DNA from: Scyliorhinus canicula
Lineage: Eukaryota
Assembly: GCF_902713615.1 (NCBI RefSeq)
Contig: NW_024055498.1
Span: forward strand, 4,768,554 to 4,832,553
Direction of reading: 5' to 3'
Length of the DNA: 64,000 bases
The position numbers and the translations under genes are program-made. Shown in pieces: positions 1-11,399 of this stretch (position 1 is its first letter; each line of letters starts with the position of its first letter). Below the pieces are notes generated by a model. The model did not search any database, was not told the DNA's origin, and was given only the letters and a program-made list of their open reading frames with translations.

Positions 1-430
1 TGCATCTTGTGGATGGTACATTATTGCCATTATTCGCCGGAGGTGGATGGAATGAGTGTTTGCACACGGGGTGACAATAAAGCTTCTTTAGCCTGGATGA
101 TGTCGAGCTTCTTGAATTTTGTTGGAGCTGCACCCAGTCAGGCACCTGGAGAGTATTCAATTACACTCCTGGCTTATGCTTTGTAGATGGTGAACATGCG
201 TTGGGAGTCAGGAGGTGAGTTGCTCACCGCAGACTTCCTAGACGTTGATCGGATCTTGTATCCTCAGCATTTATATGGTCAGTCCAGTACAGTTTCTGGT
301 CAATGATAACCCCAGTGTATTGATCGTGAGGAATTCAGCGATAGCAATATCAGTGAATGTCAAGGAGCAATGGTTAGATTTTATTTTGCTGGAAATGGCC
401 ATTGTTTAGCAATTCCGTGGCGAATATCAC
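1..430 (-). mobile_element. Decayed CR1/L2-group LINE, C-terminal RT region
   Basis: Reverse strand resembles the RT C-terminus of a common shark LINE (gtcaggaggtgagttgctcaccgcag, cagtttctggtcaatgataacccc); recognised from memory, heavily mutated. Confidence 0.55.
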
Positions 431-554
431 CAATTGTCACAAGTCACAAAGTTAAATAATGATATTATTCAATTATCACCAACACAACATAAAAAGTTGC
501 ATTCACCAATTATGATCCGCATTTTCTTTTACAAAATGTAAATACAATTCATTT

Positions 555-670
555 AAGGGAGGTGGATTTGAGACCAGGAAGAGATCAGCCATGATGATTG
601 AATGGCGGAGCAGGCTCGAAGGGCCTAATTGCCTATTTCTGCTCCTAATTCCTTTCTCGTATGTTTAATA
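555..670 (+). mobile_element. CR1 LINE 3' tail fragment
   Basis: gatcagccatgatgattgaatggcggagcaggctcgaagggcc...ctgctcctaatt matches the CR1 3' termini seen in reverse at 16185, 48663 and 63720. Confidence 0.7.
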
Positions 671-1494
671 TAAGTTATTGAGATTAACGTAATTGAATAG
701 CATTGACCATTCTGTCACCAACAAGTAACATCTGCATCAGAATTCAATGTGAAATGGAATTAAACCACACCGAGGATGATGTGCAGCTACCCAGCAGCCT
801 CTGCGCTGTATTGGTCAGTAATCACCTCATCGTCACACAGAATCGCCAGACTGGAGAGTGAGATGATTTTTTAAGTGCCGGTAGAAATAAAAATGCCTTT
901 ACCTAATGTGACGTTAATGAATCTTTACTTCCCAATTTGTTATTACACTGTTCTGGAAAGTAATTCAACATTTACAGCTGTCCACTGAGTTTCACACTAT
1001 TTCTGTTTTCACATTAATATGTTTTTAGTCTGGTGTCTTCATTAATGTGGGTGAGGACATCTTGTGACTTATTGTACACGAAATGGCCACATGTTCCAAA
1101 TATTACAGCCGTCCCTCCTCAATGTAATCACCTTCCTGCTTTCGGTCTTTGAGATGACGGTTCGCCATCAGCAGAGAAGAATCACCGGCACCGCAGGAAT
1201 ATCTCCAGTTTCCTCTTAATGACGTTTAGCTCGTTATTTCCCGATAGTCTGGGGAGGGAATTCACCCAGAACAGCATCAGCCACCGAATGTATCAGGCGG
1301 TACAAATGATAAAGGAACAACTTTAATTTGTGAAATCATCAAGCGCAAAACTGAGAATGTAGAACAGCATCTTTCAGGGCCATCTATCCATCCATCCATC
1401 AACTCGATTCACTGATTCCTCAATGATAATATTCAGGCATCCAACTAACACTCACCTCTACATCAAATCAGTGATCCCTTTATATTTTGGGTGG

Positions 1495-1815
1495 ATGGTG
1501 ATGCAGTATTAATGTTATTGGGCTAGTAATAAAAATGCCCGGGTACAAATGCTCCGGTACAAATCCCACCATAGTCGGAGGGGGAATTTGATTCCACTTA
1601 ATAAATCTGGAATACATATTACATTAAATCCGCTCTGTTTCACCAATGAAGGAAATCTGTCATCCCTCCCCGGCTTCACCTACATCAGGCTCCAGTCGGA
1701 CAGCAACATTTCTGACTCTTCCGTTCATTCTGAACTGGCAAAGCAAACCACTCAGTTCAAGAGTAATTAGGGGCAGGGTCTTGCCATTGAGTCCCACAAT
1801 CCATGAAAGTATATA
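1495..1815 (+). mobile_element. tRNA-derived SINE, old family F (also at 58625-59095 and, reversed, 62560-62800 and 63345-63540)
   Basis: Shared blocks gggctagtaat, aaggaaatctg and cactcagttcaag(a/g)g(t/c)aatt recur in the other copies. Confidence 0.6.
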
Positions 1816-3228
1816 GGGGGGAAACATGAATGTACATGTTGGTCTGTTACAAATGGACCCTCTGTCTGATAGTCTGATTGTATTTCTATCCGTCATCACA
1901 ATGTTATGAGATGTGGGAGATATCCTCCAGCGGGATATTGCTGCTAAGAGGGGCTACAAATCCTTTCCATAGAGATGGGAACAGTACAAATAGGTTCACA
2001 ATTTAAAACATAAAATGATCTCCAGTGCTGTTGCTGGGTAGATTTGTTTATAAATAGTTCTCATTGACAATGTTAAGAGTTTGAAGTTGGCTTGCAGCCA
2101 AGCGGTCAGTACTGAGCCAACAGATCTCTGAAAAAGAAATCCAGATGCTTCCTGTAAACAACATTGAACATTCGAGCCTCCCTGACTGCAGGCGGCTGGA
2201 TTGCTGCCAAATACTGTGTGGGGCAGATTAACCTGAATATGAATGGATAAAATGGGATTTATCCATTCAAACAATAAATGTTTTAGTCGCACATGAAGTA
2301 AACGTTTTAAATGGTGTTCCATCTAAATAAATATATTCAGTGAATGTTCTGTTCACTCTTAGAATAAACATGATCGGAAAATGGTAAATTGGCTAGTGCT
2401 ATTTAATTTATATAAATTCCCGAGTAAAGGTCACTCTAGTTATGAAAGTCCGTTTGTGAAGAACCTAATGAAGTGAGAGTGAGTGGTGTGGATGGACCCA
2501 ATCCACAAGGCCAATAAGATGTGAGGAATTGCAAAAAATATAAGTTGAATTAAAAGAAAATCATAAAAGTGCTCAAAATCCGCCGGAATTCCTGGAATAT
2601 TCTCCGAGTTGTTGATCTCATTTAAACGGGGGCGTCTCTTATACCCGATTAGCACCGTGTTCTGTACAGTTTAATTTGTGCTGATTTCCATTATTTAACA
2701 GTCCCTCTCATTGCTGCCAATGAGTAGAGAAATGACCAGATCATGACCTGCTTCAGTGGAAGATAAAACATGTATTCCTGTAATATTGTGTTATATGCCG
2801 CAATGTTCACAGGACTGCCTGAGACGCACATTGTACAGTGATGGCCATCCACACTGCAAATGTAATCACGTCATTTATTCCCTCATTTAGTTACATTTCG
2901 TCTGATAAATTATACTTTATTGTTGTAATGGGATAGAGTCCCGGAGTGCTGCCAAGCTAACTGACAGACGATTTATTCCCTGATAATGTAATTTAATCTG
3001 TTTATGTTCATTCCTTTATATTGGAGTATAGAAATAAAGAGACTTAATATATAATGGAATTAGATTTTACTTAGAGATGCTCAAGTATAATTTTTCATTC
3101 GGATGAGGATAGACATTACAATGAATTCATTCAGCCAAACAAATATACCGATACCGATCAAATGTCTTTTTAAAATAATATCCTATAGTAAATCTCTGAG
3201 TCCATTCTGTTGGGGGTGTGGAAGGTGG

Positions 3229-3310
3229 GACGTGGATCCAGTCGCCGCCTCCACCAGGAAATCAACAGGCGGCGCCTGGAAAGCCGCCCCCTTCTGCCGG
3301 GTATTTAAAT
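3229..3310 (+). promoter_or_regulatory. VH promoter: TATA-like box with upstream Ets-like and GC-box motifs, no proximal octamer
   Basis: TATTTAAAT 3302-3310, ~80 bp before the leader ATG; CAGGAAAT 3255-3262; CCGCCCCC 3284-3291. No ATGCAAAT/ATTTGCAT in 3000-3400, consistent with known shark IgH promoters. Confidence 0.65.
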
Positions 3311-3388
3311 GCCGCTCACTGGGAGCCGAATCCAACAGTCCGGGAGCTGGTTTGTTCACTGAGTTCCTGACACAACCATTTCCCCCAA

Positions 3389-3446
3389 ATGACCAGAAGG
3401 ATGAGGTGGGCCATTTCTCTCAGTTTGTTGCTGACTTTCTTATCCC
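3389..3446 (+). CDS. IGHV: IgH V leader exon (MTRR)MRWAISLSLLLTFLS-R
   Basis: In-frame ATGs at 3389 and 3401, hydrophobic signal peptide, phase-1 donor C|GTGAGT at 3447; joins the acceptor at 3574 to give R-V-Q-S|DVVLTQ. Confidence 0.93.
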
Positions 3447-3574
3447 GTGAGTAGTTTTTATTGTCCAAGTCTCCCACTGTTACTGTCTCAGTGTTAGTCT
3501 CTCTCTGGAATGTTCCAGAGTCACCAATCATTTCTCCAGCATTAATCCTCGGGCTTTTTGATATATTTTTACAG

Positions 3575-3882
3575 GTGTCCAGTCGGATGTTGTGTTGACT
3601 CAGCCGGACGCAGAGACCGGGCGTCCCGGAGGCTCCCTCAGGCTGACCTGTAAAACCAGCGGGTTCACTTTGGGCAGCACCTGGATGAGCTGGGTCCGCC
3701 AGGTTCCCGGACAGGGGCTGGAGTGGCTGGTGAGATACTACGATTCATCCAACACCATCTACTACGCGCCAGGGATTCAGGGCCGATTTACTCCGTCCAA
3801 AGACACTTCAAACAACATCTTCGCTTTGGCCATGACGAACCTGAAGACCGAAGACACCGCCATCTATTACTGTGCAAGAGAC
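3575..3882 (+). CDS. IGHV: IgM VH exon (mature V starts DVVLTQP at 3586)
   Basis: ttttacAG acceptor; open frame [22 protein letters not shown]...[12 protein letters not shown]...[10 protein letters not shown] with both canonical Cys and Trp; typical shark VH framework. Confidence 0.97.
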
Positions 3883-3921
3883 CACAGCGAGAGGAACCAG
3901 GGCTGGACCCGCACAAGAACA
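3883..3921 (+). other. V 3' recombination signal, 23-bp spacer
   Basis: Heptamer CACAGCG 3883-3889, 23-nt spacer, nonamer ACAAGAACA 3913-3921. Confidence 0.95.
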
Positions 3922-4283
3922 GCTCGAGAGGGAATTCAGCAACTTGCACCTTAACCTGAAGGTTAGCACTTGATCCAAATCTAATATTAATGTCAGTGGT
4001 CAGAACCCGACCACGAGCCGCGTTTCACACAACTGAGACAGACAAATGTTCGCAGTGAAACCTAACAAACCTACCGATATCAATGTGACTGTGTTTATAT
4101 GTAATGTCTCAGTTTCAGCAATCACTGACCTGAATAGGATACTTGTTTTATTATGTCTATAATTTGGAGCAGAGCTTTATACATTGTGTTTTGTAAACTG
4201 CTGCCTAAATTGTAAATTAGATCAGAAGTAAACGTCTATTTGAAGTGAATATTGAGCGGCAGGACTGAACAGAGAGTGGGTGC

Positions 4284-4364
4284 AGTTTTTGTGCGGGTGT
4301 CTGTCACTGTGACTACAGCAGTGGGTCACAGTGCTGTGCACAGCGACATCCTCATACAAAAACC
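4284..4364 (+). other. IGHD: D1 segment (coding 4312-4326 ACTACAGCAGTGGGT) with 12-bp 5' RSS and 22-bp 3' RSS
   Basis: AGTTTTTGT-12-CACTGTG | 15 nt | CACAGTG-22-ACAAAAACC. All three forward frames are open (TTAVG / LQQW / YSSG). Confidence 0.95.
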
Positions 4365-4674
4365 TCAGTGAAAGAGTTTGTTCAAATTGGTGATCAGCGC
4401 CACAGCAGGATTGTCAATGTCAATGAACTTTAAATAAAACAAAGTTTGGAAGTAATATTAGTTTGCAAAAAGGTATAAAAATCTTCCACTTTATCTTTGT
4501 TGACCGACACGCGAATTCTGCACAGAGGGTTTAAAAGTGTTCTGATCCTCTTTATAAATGTAATTACCAGGACAAGCTGAAATAATTCACCCATTCGCTC
4601 TTGGAAGAGACAGTTAGTTTTCTGGGTGAACAGTGAAATTAAATCTCTGTATTTTACAGTTAACAGTCTGCCGC

Positions 4675-4740
4675 AGTATTTGACACGCTGTGTCTCATTG
4701 TGATACCTGGGGCACAGCAGTTACTGTTAATACAAAAAGC
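4675..4740 (+). other. IGHD: D2 segment (coding 4703-4712 ATACCTGGGG) with 12/12 RSS
   Basis: AGTATTTGA-12-CATTGTG | 10 nt | CACAGCA-12-ACAAAAAGC. Confidence 0.92.
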
Positions 4741-5062
4741 CCCTCAGCACTAATTAACTGAGGCTGGCTCGGTGCTCGTTTTTACAATCCAACTTTATTC
4801 ACAGTGAAGTATTATTTATGTCCAGCACTAACAAAATGACAATAATTAATGTGGAAAATTGGTTGTCGTTATTTAGTCACAGTTGGTGTTTTCAATAACA
4901 TTTCCATGTCTGTGAAATATAAAACATTCGGTCATTTATGAAGAGAGAACGGTATCCACAAATATTAATATAATTTCATGAAAATTAATCGTGTATTTTC
5001 TTTGCCATTGGTTTGTGAATATTTAAAATAATGGCGGATTTCTGTCTATTTTGTGCAGGTCC

Positions 5063-5101
5063 GGTTATTGTATGGAGCTGCCCAGGGAATGTGACACTGT
5101 G
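5063..5101 (+). other. J 5' recombination signal, 23-bp spacer
   Basis: Nonamer GGTTATTGT 5063-5071, 23-nt spacer, heptamer CACTGTG 5095-5101. Confidence 0.93.
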
Positions 5102-5149
5102 ACTATCTCGACTACTGGGGACAAGGCACCATGGTGACGGTGACTGCAG
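5102..5149 (+). CDS. IGHJ: JH segment YLDYWGQGTMVTVTA
   Basis: WGxG motif; phase-1 donor G|GTAAGA at 5150. Confidence 0.97.
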
Positions 5150-5259
5150 GTAAGAACCATTCCATTATTTACCAACTGTTTTACTTGAGTATTTGTTTTA
5201 TATTTTTCTGCATTTTCAAAATCCATTCGTTCACTGAAATGTGTTTTGGTGGATCATGT

Positions 5260-6520
5260 ATTGAGATGTTGTTGCAATGTTTCATTTGATTCTGCTGAAA
5301 GGGGGATATAGAATCCCGCGGTTTCTTGACAGAAAGATGCTGCTGAGGGATTCAGTCCCTGTTTGTTGTGATTTGATGTTTATTTGCTGAGGATACTGTG
5401 TGGCTGGGTTACTTTAAATACAAGACGACTGTTTTTACGATGTTTAATCTCGGTTCTATCTAATGTCTGCAGTTTGTACCGTCTTCCGCACAAGTGTATG
5501 AGATCGATCCCAACATTGACAAAATGTGCTAAAGTTTCTGTATTATCTTATTGAACATGTTCTGCTTACTGAAAGTACTGATGATTTATTCAAGTTTTCT
5601 GTTTAGTTTACCTGTTCATTCATTTGATGACATGAGGGTTTGGTGCATTCTAAATTGAGATTTTCTTGCAATGTTACATTCGATTCTTTTGGAAGTGTTT
5701 GTAGAATTGAGCTGCTTCTCCATGATGTTTCATTCCTTCAGTGATGTGATTTGGTGTTTTCCTGCTGCGGAATGTTTTTGGGTGACTTTGTGTAGGAAAG
5801 TTTGTGAAACGGTTTGGCGTATCTGTATTGTTTCAACTCGGTGACACTGAGCGGTTGCACGGTTTGTGACTGAATGCAAAGGGTATACGTGTTTGAAACT
5901 GCTTGTCGCAGAGGACAGGGAGGCTGTTAGTGCATCTTGAAAAACAGTGAAAATTGCAGATTAAACTTTTACGTTTTCCGACAAATCCTTTCCGAGCACA
6001 AGTTGTTGCTGCAATCACAGTTTGCCGTTTGTGCAATGTTTAATCTCCGTGGCATCTGATGGTTGCAGCTTTTACCATCAACTGCAAACATTAAAAGCAT
6101 TTAAATGTGTTTGAAAAATGACTCAGTATGAAAAAAATGGTTGAGTTTCAATATTTATTTGTTGTTAATATTCGAGCACCTCGCAATGCTATTGCTGTTA
6201 TTCCACATTTCTGTTTAGTTTAATAATTTATACATTTGGTTACGAGCTGCTTTGCTGGATATTGATATTTTCTTGCAATATTAAGTTTGATCCAGTTCGG
6301 TGTAGAGTTGAGCTGCTTCTCCATAAACGGGTTTCAGTCCTTCATTGATGTGATTTAGTGTTTTGTTCTGCTGAGGAGATTGTGTATCTGGGTGACTTTA
6401 AATGATTCAGATCTGTCAAACGGTTCAGCGTTTCTGCATTGTTTAAACTCCGTGACACTGAGCGGTTGCACGTTTTCTGGTTGAATGCAAACAGTCTAGG
6501 CGTTTGAAAATGCTTGAAGG
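5260..6520 (+). repeat. Old tandem duplication (~600-bp period) with a partial third copy at the start of the J-C intron
   Basis: tgtttaatctc at ~5441/~6037; tttctgtttagttta at ~5597/~6209; gtgacactgagcggttgcacg at 5841/6452; 5260-5420 resembles 5655-5800. Confidence 0.75.
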
Positions 6521-8549
6521 GCGATTGTCGGGAAAAAAAAACAGCCAGGCTTAAGAAAATAATCTAATAAAGATATATTGATGCATTTTGTAATTTTAAC
6601 TGATGCTTCCAGATTAAACGAAATAGTGACTGAAACGCCCAATGCAGAACATAATAACATTTATATAATTCAAACAATTGCAATGCGGTGATACAACTAT
6701 ATATTAACCAAGGGTTATTTTAGATTAATATAATTCAGCATCAATCACTTTTCACAATCCTGCTGTGTTCTGCACGAGGTTGACATGGTCGGACAGATTT
6801 CTAGGCTGGAAATACTTTGTAGTTCCAGTTATTCTATTATTTCAGTGCCGCTGCAACCATATTGTACCTTCACTGTAATGTGTAGTTGGATAGCGAGGGA
6901 ATTATCACTAATCTAATCTTAAACAGGTTTCTGAGATGTGGAAGTCGCTGCCAATCAATGAATTGTTCCCATGATATTATTTGTATTATAGGAAAGTTCA
7001 GATTGCATATGGCAAGAGATTGAAAAGTAAAAGCTTGAATGTCAAACCGATGTATTTATTTACAAAAGGTTAACAGTACCTTTGCATTTTATAATGACAT
7101 CCTGTCTCTCATAGCTGTGCTCTACACACGATAGAATTATAGGAAGAACAGATGATAGGAAAGAAAGAATGATTATATCTTAGCTTTAGGCTTAAAAGTT
7201 ATTAAATGCTAAATTCAACAACAAATTCTCCACTTGCTCATAATGGGTGAGTTTTGCAAATGATTTGAACAAACTCAGCTGTTCTCGTTATATTCATTAC
7301 TTTCTGAGAATAGATGGAGGTTATGATTTATAAATGTGTTCAGAAAGGTGCAGATTTTACACATTTGTAGGTCGAATAGAGCAATTTGAGTTTAGAAAAA
7401 TGTGAATTTAGTCAATTAAATGTGAAGATGATTCCATCGAGTAAGTTGGAGTTTACTGTTCAACATTGTTTGATTGTCAGGTTGTTTTAATTAAATCCCA
7501 ATTATTTCACAAAGCTCTGGGTAAAAACAAATTGGGGATTATTGAATGCTATTTTTATTATATTCATTATTATAGTACAGATAATCGAATAAAGAATTAG
7601 CTGACAATTAACAATAACTTACAATACAATATCAGTGAGAATTAATTCAATATAAATGATCTCCTACAATTGAGTTGTATCCTGGCGTGCAATATCTCAA
7701 ATGTCTTAGATAATTTTAATAATATCTGAAATTAATTTAGGAAACCATACATTTCATTATACTGCTGTGTGCAGCTAAATTCTTTTTCTGATTACATTCT
7801 TTTGCCCTGATTCTTTTTCTGATTACATTTAATTGTGTTTTTAGATCATATCAGTGGGTAATGTGAATATTTCCTGGTTTGTTTAATTATTGCCCTGTCA
7901 CTGAGTCTCTGTTCTGTCAATAATCTACCCTGAATCTGTAATATTTAATCTGCTCATTTTCAGCAAAACTACTTTTTGCCCAATTATCGAGTTTTGAGAT
8001 AGACAGAGAGAAATTGTTAAAAACCAAACGCAGTTTTGAAATTAATGTCAGTTTAATTTCAAATTAGTCACTAAATTATTGTTGTCGGAAGTTGGCCATT
8101 GATAAATTAAAATCAAACAGTTTCATGAAACTGACAGATTGAACAGATCTATCTGCTGGAACTCGATTGTTGCCATTTGTGTCTGTTCAGTTTCTGTGCG
8201 CGCGGTCACTGTGCTGGGACCAGGAATCTTCCTGACTGGTTGTAAATCTTCTACTTCATTTTCCAATATTTCAGGGAGTGCAATTTGATCAAGTCCTTCA
8301 ATAAAACTTGTGTATGTGTGAAATGTGGAAATTGTACTTGATGTTTGACTAGGCGACTCAGAAAGGGGATTCCAAACCCAGATAATGACAGTCAGAAAGA
8401 ATTCAGCAACGCCAGACAGGCTGTAGAAGGAGATTTGGTTGATTTTTAAGCAGTGATATATCGGTCTTGGGAATTTTCCATTCGGCACTGCAGAGAGCGA
8501 TTTATTGGGTTACATTCCGTGCTATGGCAGTCCTTGATCTATTTAACGG

Positions 8550-10590
8550 CTCACTCACACACACTCACTCACACACCCTCACTCACACACCCTCACTCAC
8601 ACACCCTCACTCACACACCCTCACTCACACAGCCTCACTCACACACCCTCACTCACACAGCCTCACTCACACACCCTCACTCACACACCCTCACTCACAC
8701 AGCCTCACTCACACACCCTCACTCACACACCCTCACTCACACAGCCTCACTCACACAGCCTCACTCACACAGCCTCACTCACACAGCCTCACTCACACAC
8801 CCTCACTCACACACCCTCACTCACACAGCCTCACTCACACAGCCTCACTCACACACCCTCACTCACACACCCTCACTCACACAGCCTCACTCACAGCCTC
8901 ACTCACACAGCCTCACTCACACACACTCAATCACACAGCCTCACTCCCACATCCTCACTCACACAGCCTCACTCACACAGCCTCACTCACACACCCTCAC
9001 TCACACAGCCTCACTCACACAGCCTCACTCACACAGCCTCACTCACACATCCTCACTCACACAGCCTCACTCACACACCCTCACTCACACAGCCTCACTC
9101 ACACAGCCTCACTCACACAGCCTCACTCACACAGCCTCACTCACACAGCCTCACTCACACAACCTCACTCACACAGCCTCAGCCACACAGCCTCACTCAC
9201 ACAGCCTCACTCACACAACCTCACTCACACAGCCTCACTCACACAGCCTCATTCACTACCCTCACTCACACACCCTCACCCACACACCCTCACCCACACA
9301 CCCTCACTCACACACCCTCACTCACACACCCTCACTCACTCACTCCCCTCACTCTCACAACCTCACTCACTCAAACAGCCTCACTCGCTATAACACCCTC
9401 ACTCACCATCACTCTCTCACACTCATTGACTCACACTTGCTAGCCCAACATGAATCACTCACTCTCATTCACCCACACTCACTCACACACCCTCACTCAC
9501 GTACCCTCACTCACACACCCTCACTCACAGACACAGCCTCACACACACAGCCTCACTCACACACCCTCACTCACACAGCCTCACTCACACACCCTCACTC
9601 ACACAGCCTCACTCACACACACTCACTCACTACCCTCATTCACACAGCCTCACTCACACACCCTCACTCACACAGCCTCACTCACACACCCTCACTCACA
9701 CAGCCTCACTCACACAGTCTCACTCACAAAGCCTCACTCACATAGCCTCAGTCACACTCCCTCACTCACACACCCTCACTCACACAACCTCACTCACACA
9801 GCCTCACTCACACAGCCTCACTCACACATCCTCACTCACACAGCCTCACTCACACACCCTCACTCACACAGCCTCATTCACACAGCCTCACTCACACACC
9901 CTCACTCACACACCCTCCCTCACACACCCTCACTCACACAGCCTCACTCACACACCCTCACTCACACAGCCTCACTCACACACCCTCACTCACACAGCCT
10001 CACTCACACACCCTCACTCACACAGCCTCACTCACACAGCCTCACTCACACACCCTCACTCACCCACTCTCACTCACACAGCCTCATTCACACAGCCTCA
10101 CTCACAAACCCACACTCACACAGCCTCACTCACACAGCCTCACTCACACAGCCTCACTCACACAGCCTCACTCACACAGCCTCACTCACACAGCCTCACT
10201 CACACAGCCTCACTCACACAGCCTCACTCACACACCCTCACTCACACACCCTCACTCACATACCCTCACTCACACAGCCTCACTCTCACACACTCACTCA
10301 CAGAGCCTCACTCACACACACCCTCACTCACACACCCTCACTCACACAGCCTCACTCACACAGCCTCACTCACACAGCCTCACTCACACACCCTCACTCA
10401 CACAGCCTCACTCACACAGCCTCACTCACACAGCCTCACTCACGCTACCCTCACTCACCCACTCTCACTCACACACCCTCACTCACACACCCTCGCTCAC
10501 ACACCCTCACTCACACACCCTCAGTCACACAGCCTCACTCACACAGCCTCACTCACACAGCCTCACTCCCACAGCCTCACTCACAAAGCG
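8550..10590 (+). repeat. 14-bp minisatellite CCTCACTCACACA(G/C), roughly 130-140 units
   Basis: Directly readable; degenerate patch at ~9240-9470; the top strand is nearly G-free. Confidence 0.97.
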
Positions 10591-10950
10591 TCTCTCACCC
10601 ACCATTTCCCATGCGCCTTCACCAACAATCTCGCCCATCCTCATTCACACACCCTCCCTCATGTTCCCTCACACACACTCACTCAGCCACCCTCACTTAC
10701 ACACACTCATGCACCCACCCTCTTTCACCCACTCTCACTCAACCTCACACCCTCACCCACTCTCATTCACTTACCTTCACTCACTCACCCTCACTTACTC
10801 ACACTCAGTCTCCCTCACACTCACTCTCATTAACTCACTCACCCAACCTCATTCAATTACCCTCATTCTCTAACATTCACTCACTCATGCACCCACTCTC
10901 ATTCACTCACTCACCCTCACTCACCCGCTAACTGTCACGTACACTCCTGG

Positions 10951-11162
10951 CTCACTCACCCTCACTCACTCACCCTCACTGAATCACCCTCACTCATTCA
11001 GCCTCACTCATTCACCCTCACTCATTCACCCTCACTCAATCACCCTCGCTCAATCACCCTCACTCAATCACCCTCACTCAATCACCCTCACTCAATCACC
11101 TTCACTCAATCACCCTCACGCATTCACCCTCACTCATTCACCCTCACTCATTCACCGTCACT
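10951..11162 (+). repeat. Second 14-bp minisatellite ATCACCCTCACTCA (~15 units)
   Basis: Directly readable, e.g. 11040-11110. Confidence 0.9.
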
Positions 11163-11399
11163 AATGCACTCTCATTCATTCACACTCCCTCACCCTCCCT
11201 CACTCAGTCACCTTCACTCTCATGTTCACTGCACACCTTCACTCACAAACTCACCCTCCCAGCCTCACTCAGCCAGCCTCATTTATTCTCCACCTCTCAC
11301 TCACTGCCCCTCACCCATCCAGACCCATCCACCCTCAGTGACATACCCTCACCCATTTACCCTCACTCCATCAACCATCCATTCTCTCCCACTCATCCA

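Noticed and set aside
3103-3450. 115-aa ORF over the promoter and leader
   Set aside because: Different frame from the leader, no recognisable domain; a chance ORF.
3883-3954. C-terminal extension of the VH ORF (HSERNQG...LAP)
   Set aside because: It is read-through across the RSS, which is removed on rearrangement.
6600-8100. AT-rich stretch with near-octamers (CTTTGCAT 7080, TTGCAAAT 7254) as MAR or enhancer
   Set aside because: 7/8 matches are expected by chance at this AT content; no independent support.
8550-10590. About 100 CACAGCC cryptic RSS heptamers
   Set aside because: No A-rich nonamer at 12 or 23 bp in this A-run-free repeat, so they are not called RSS.
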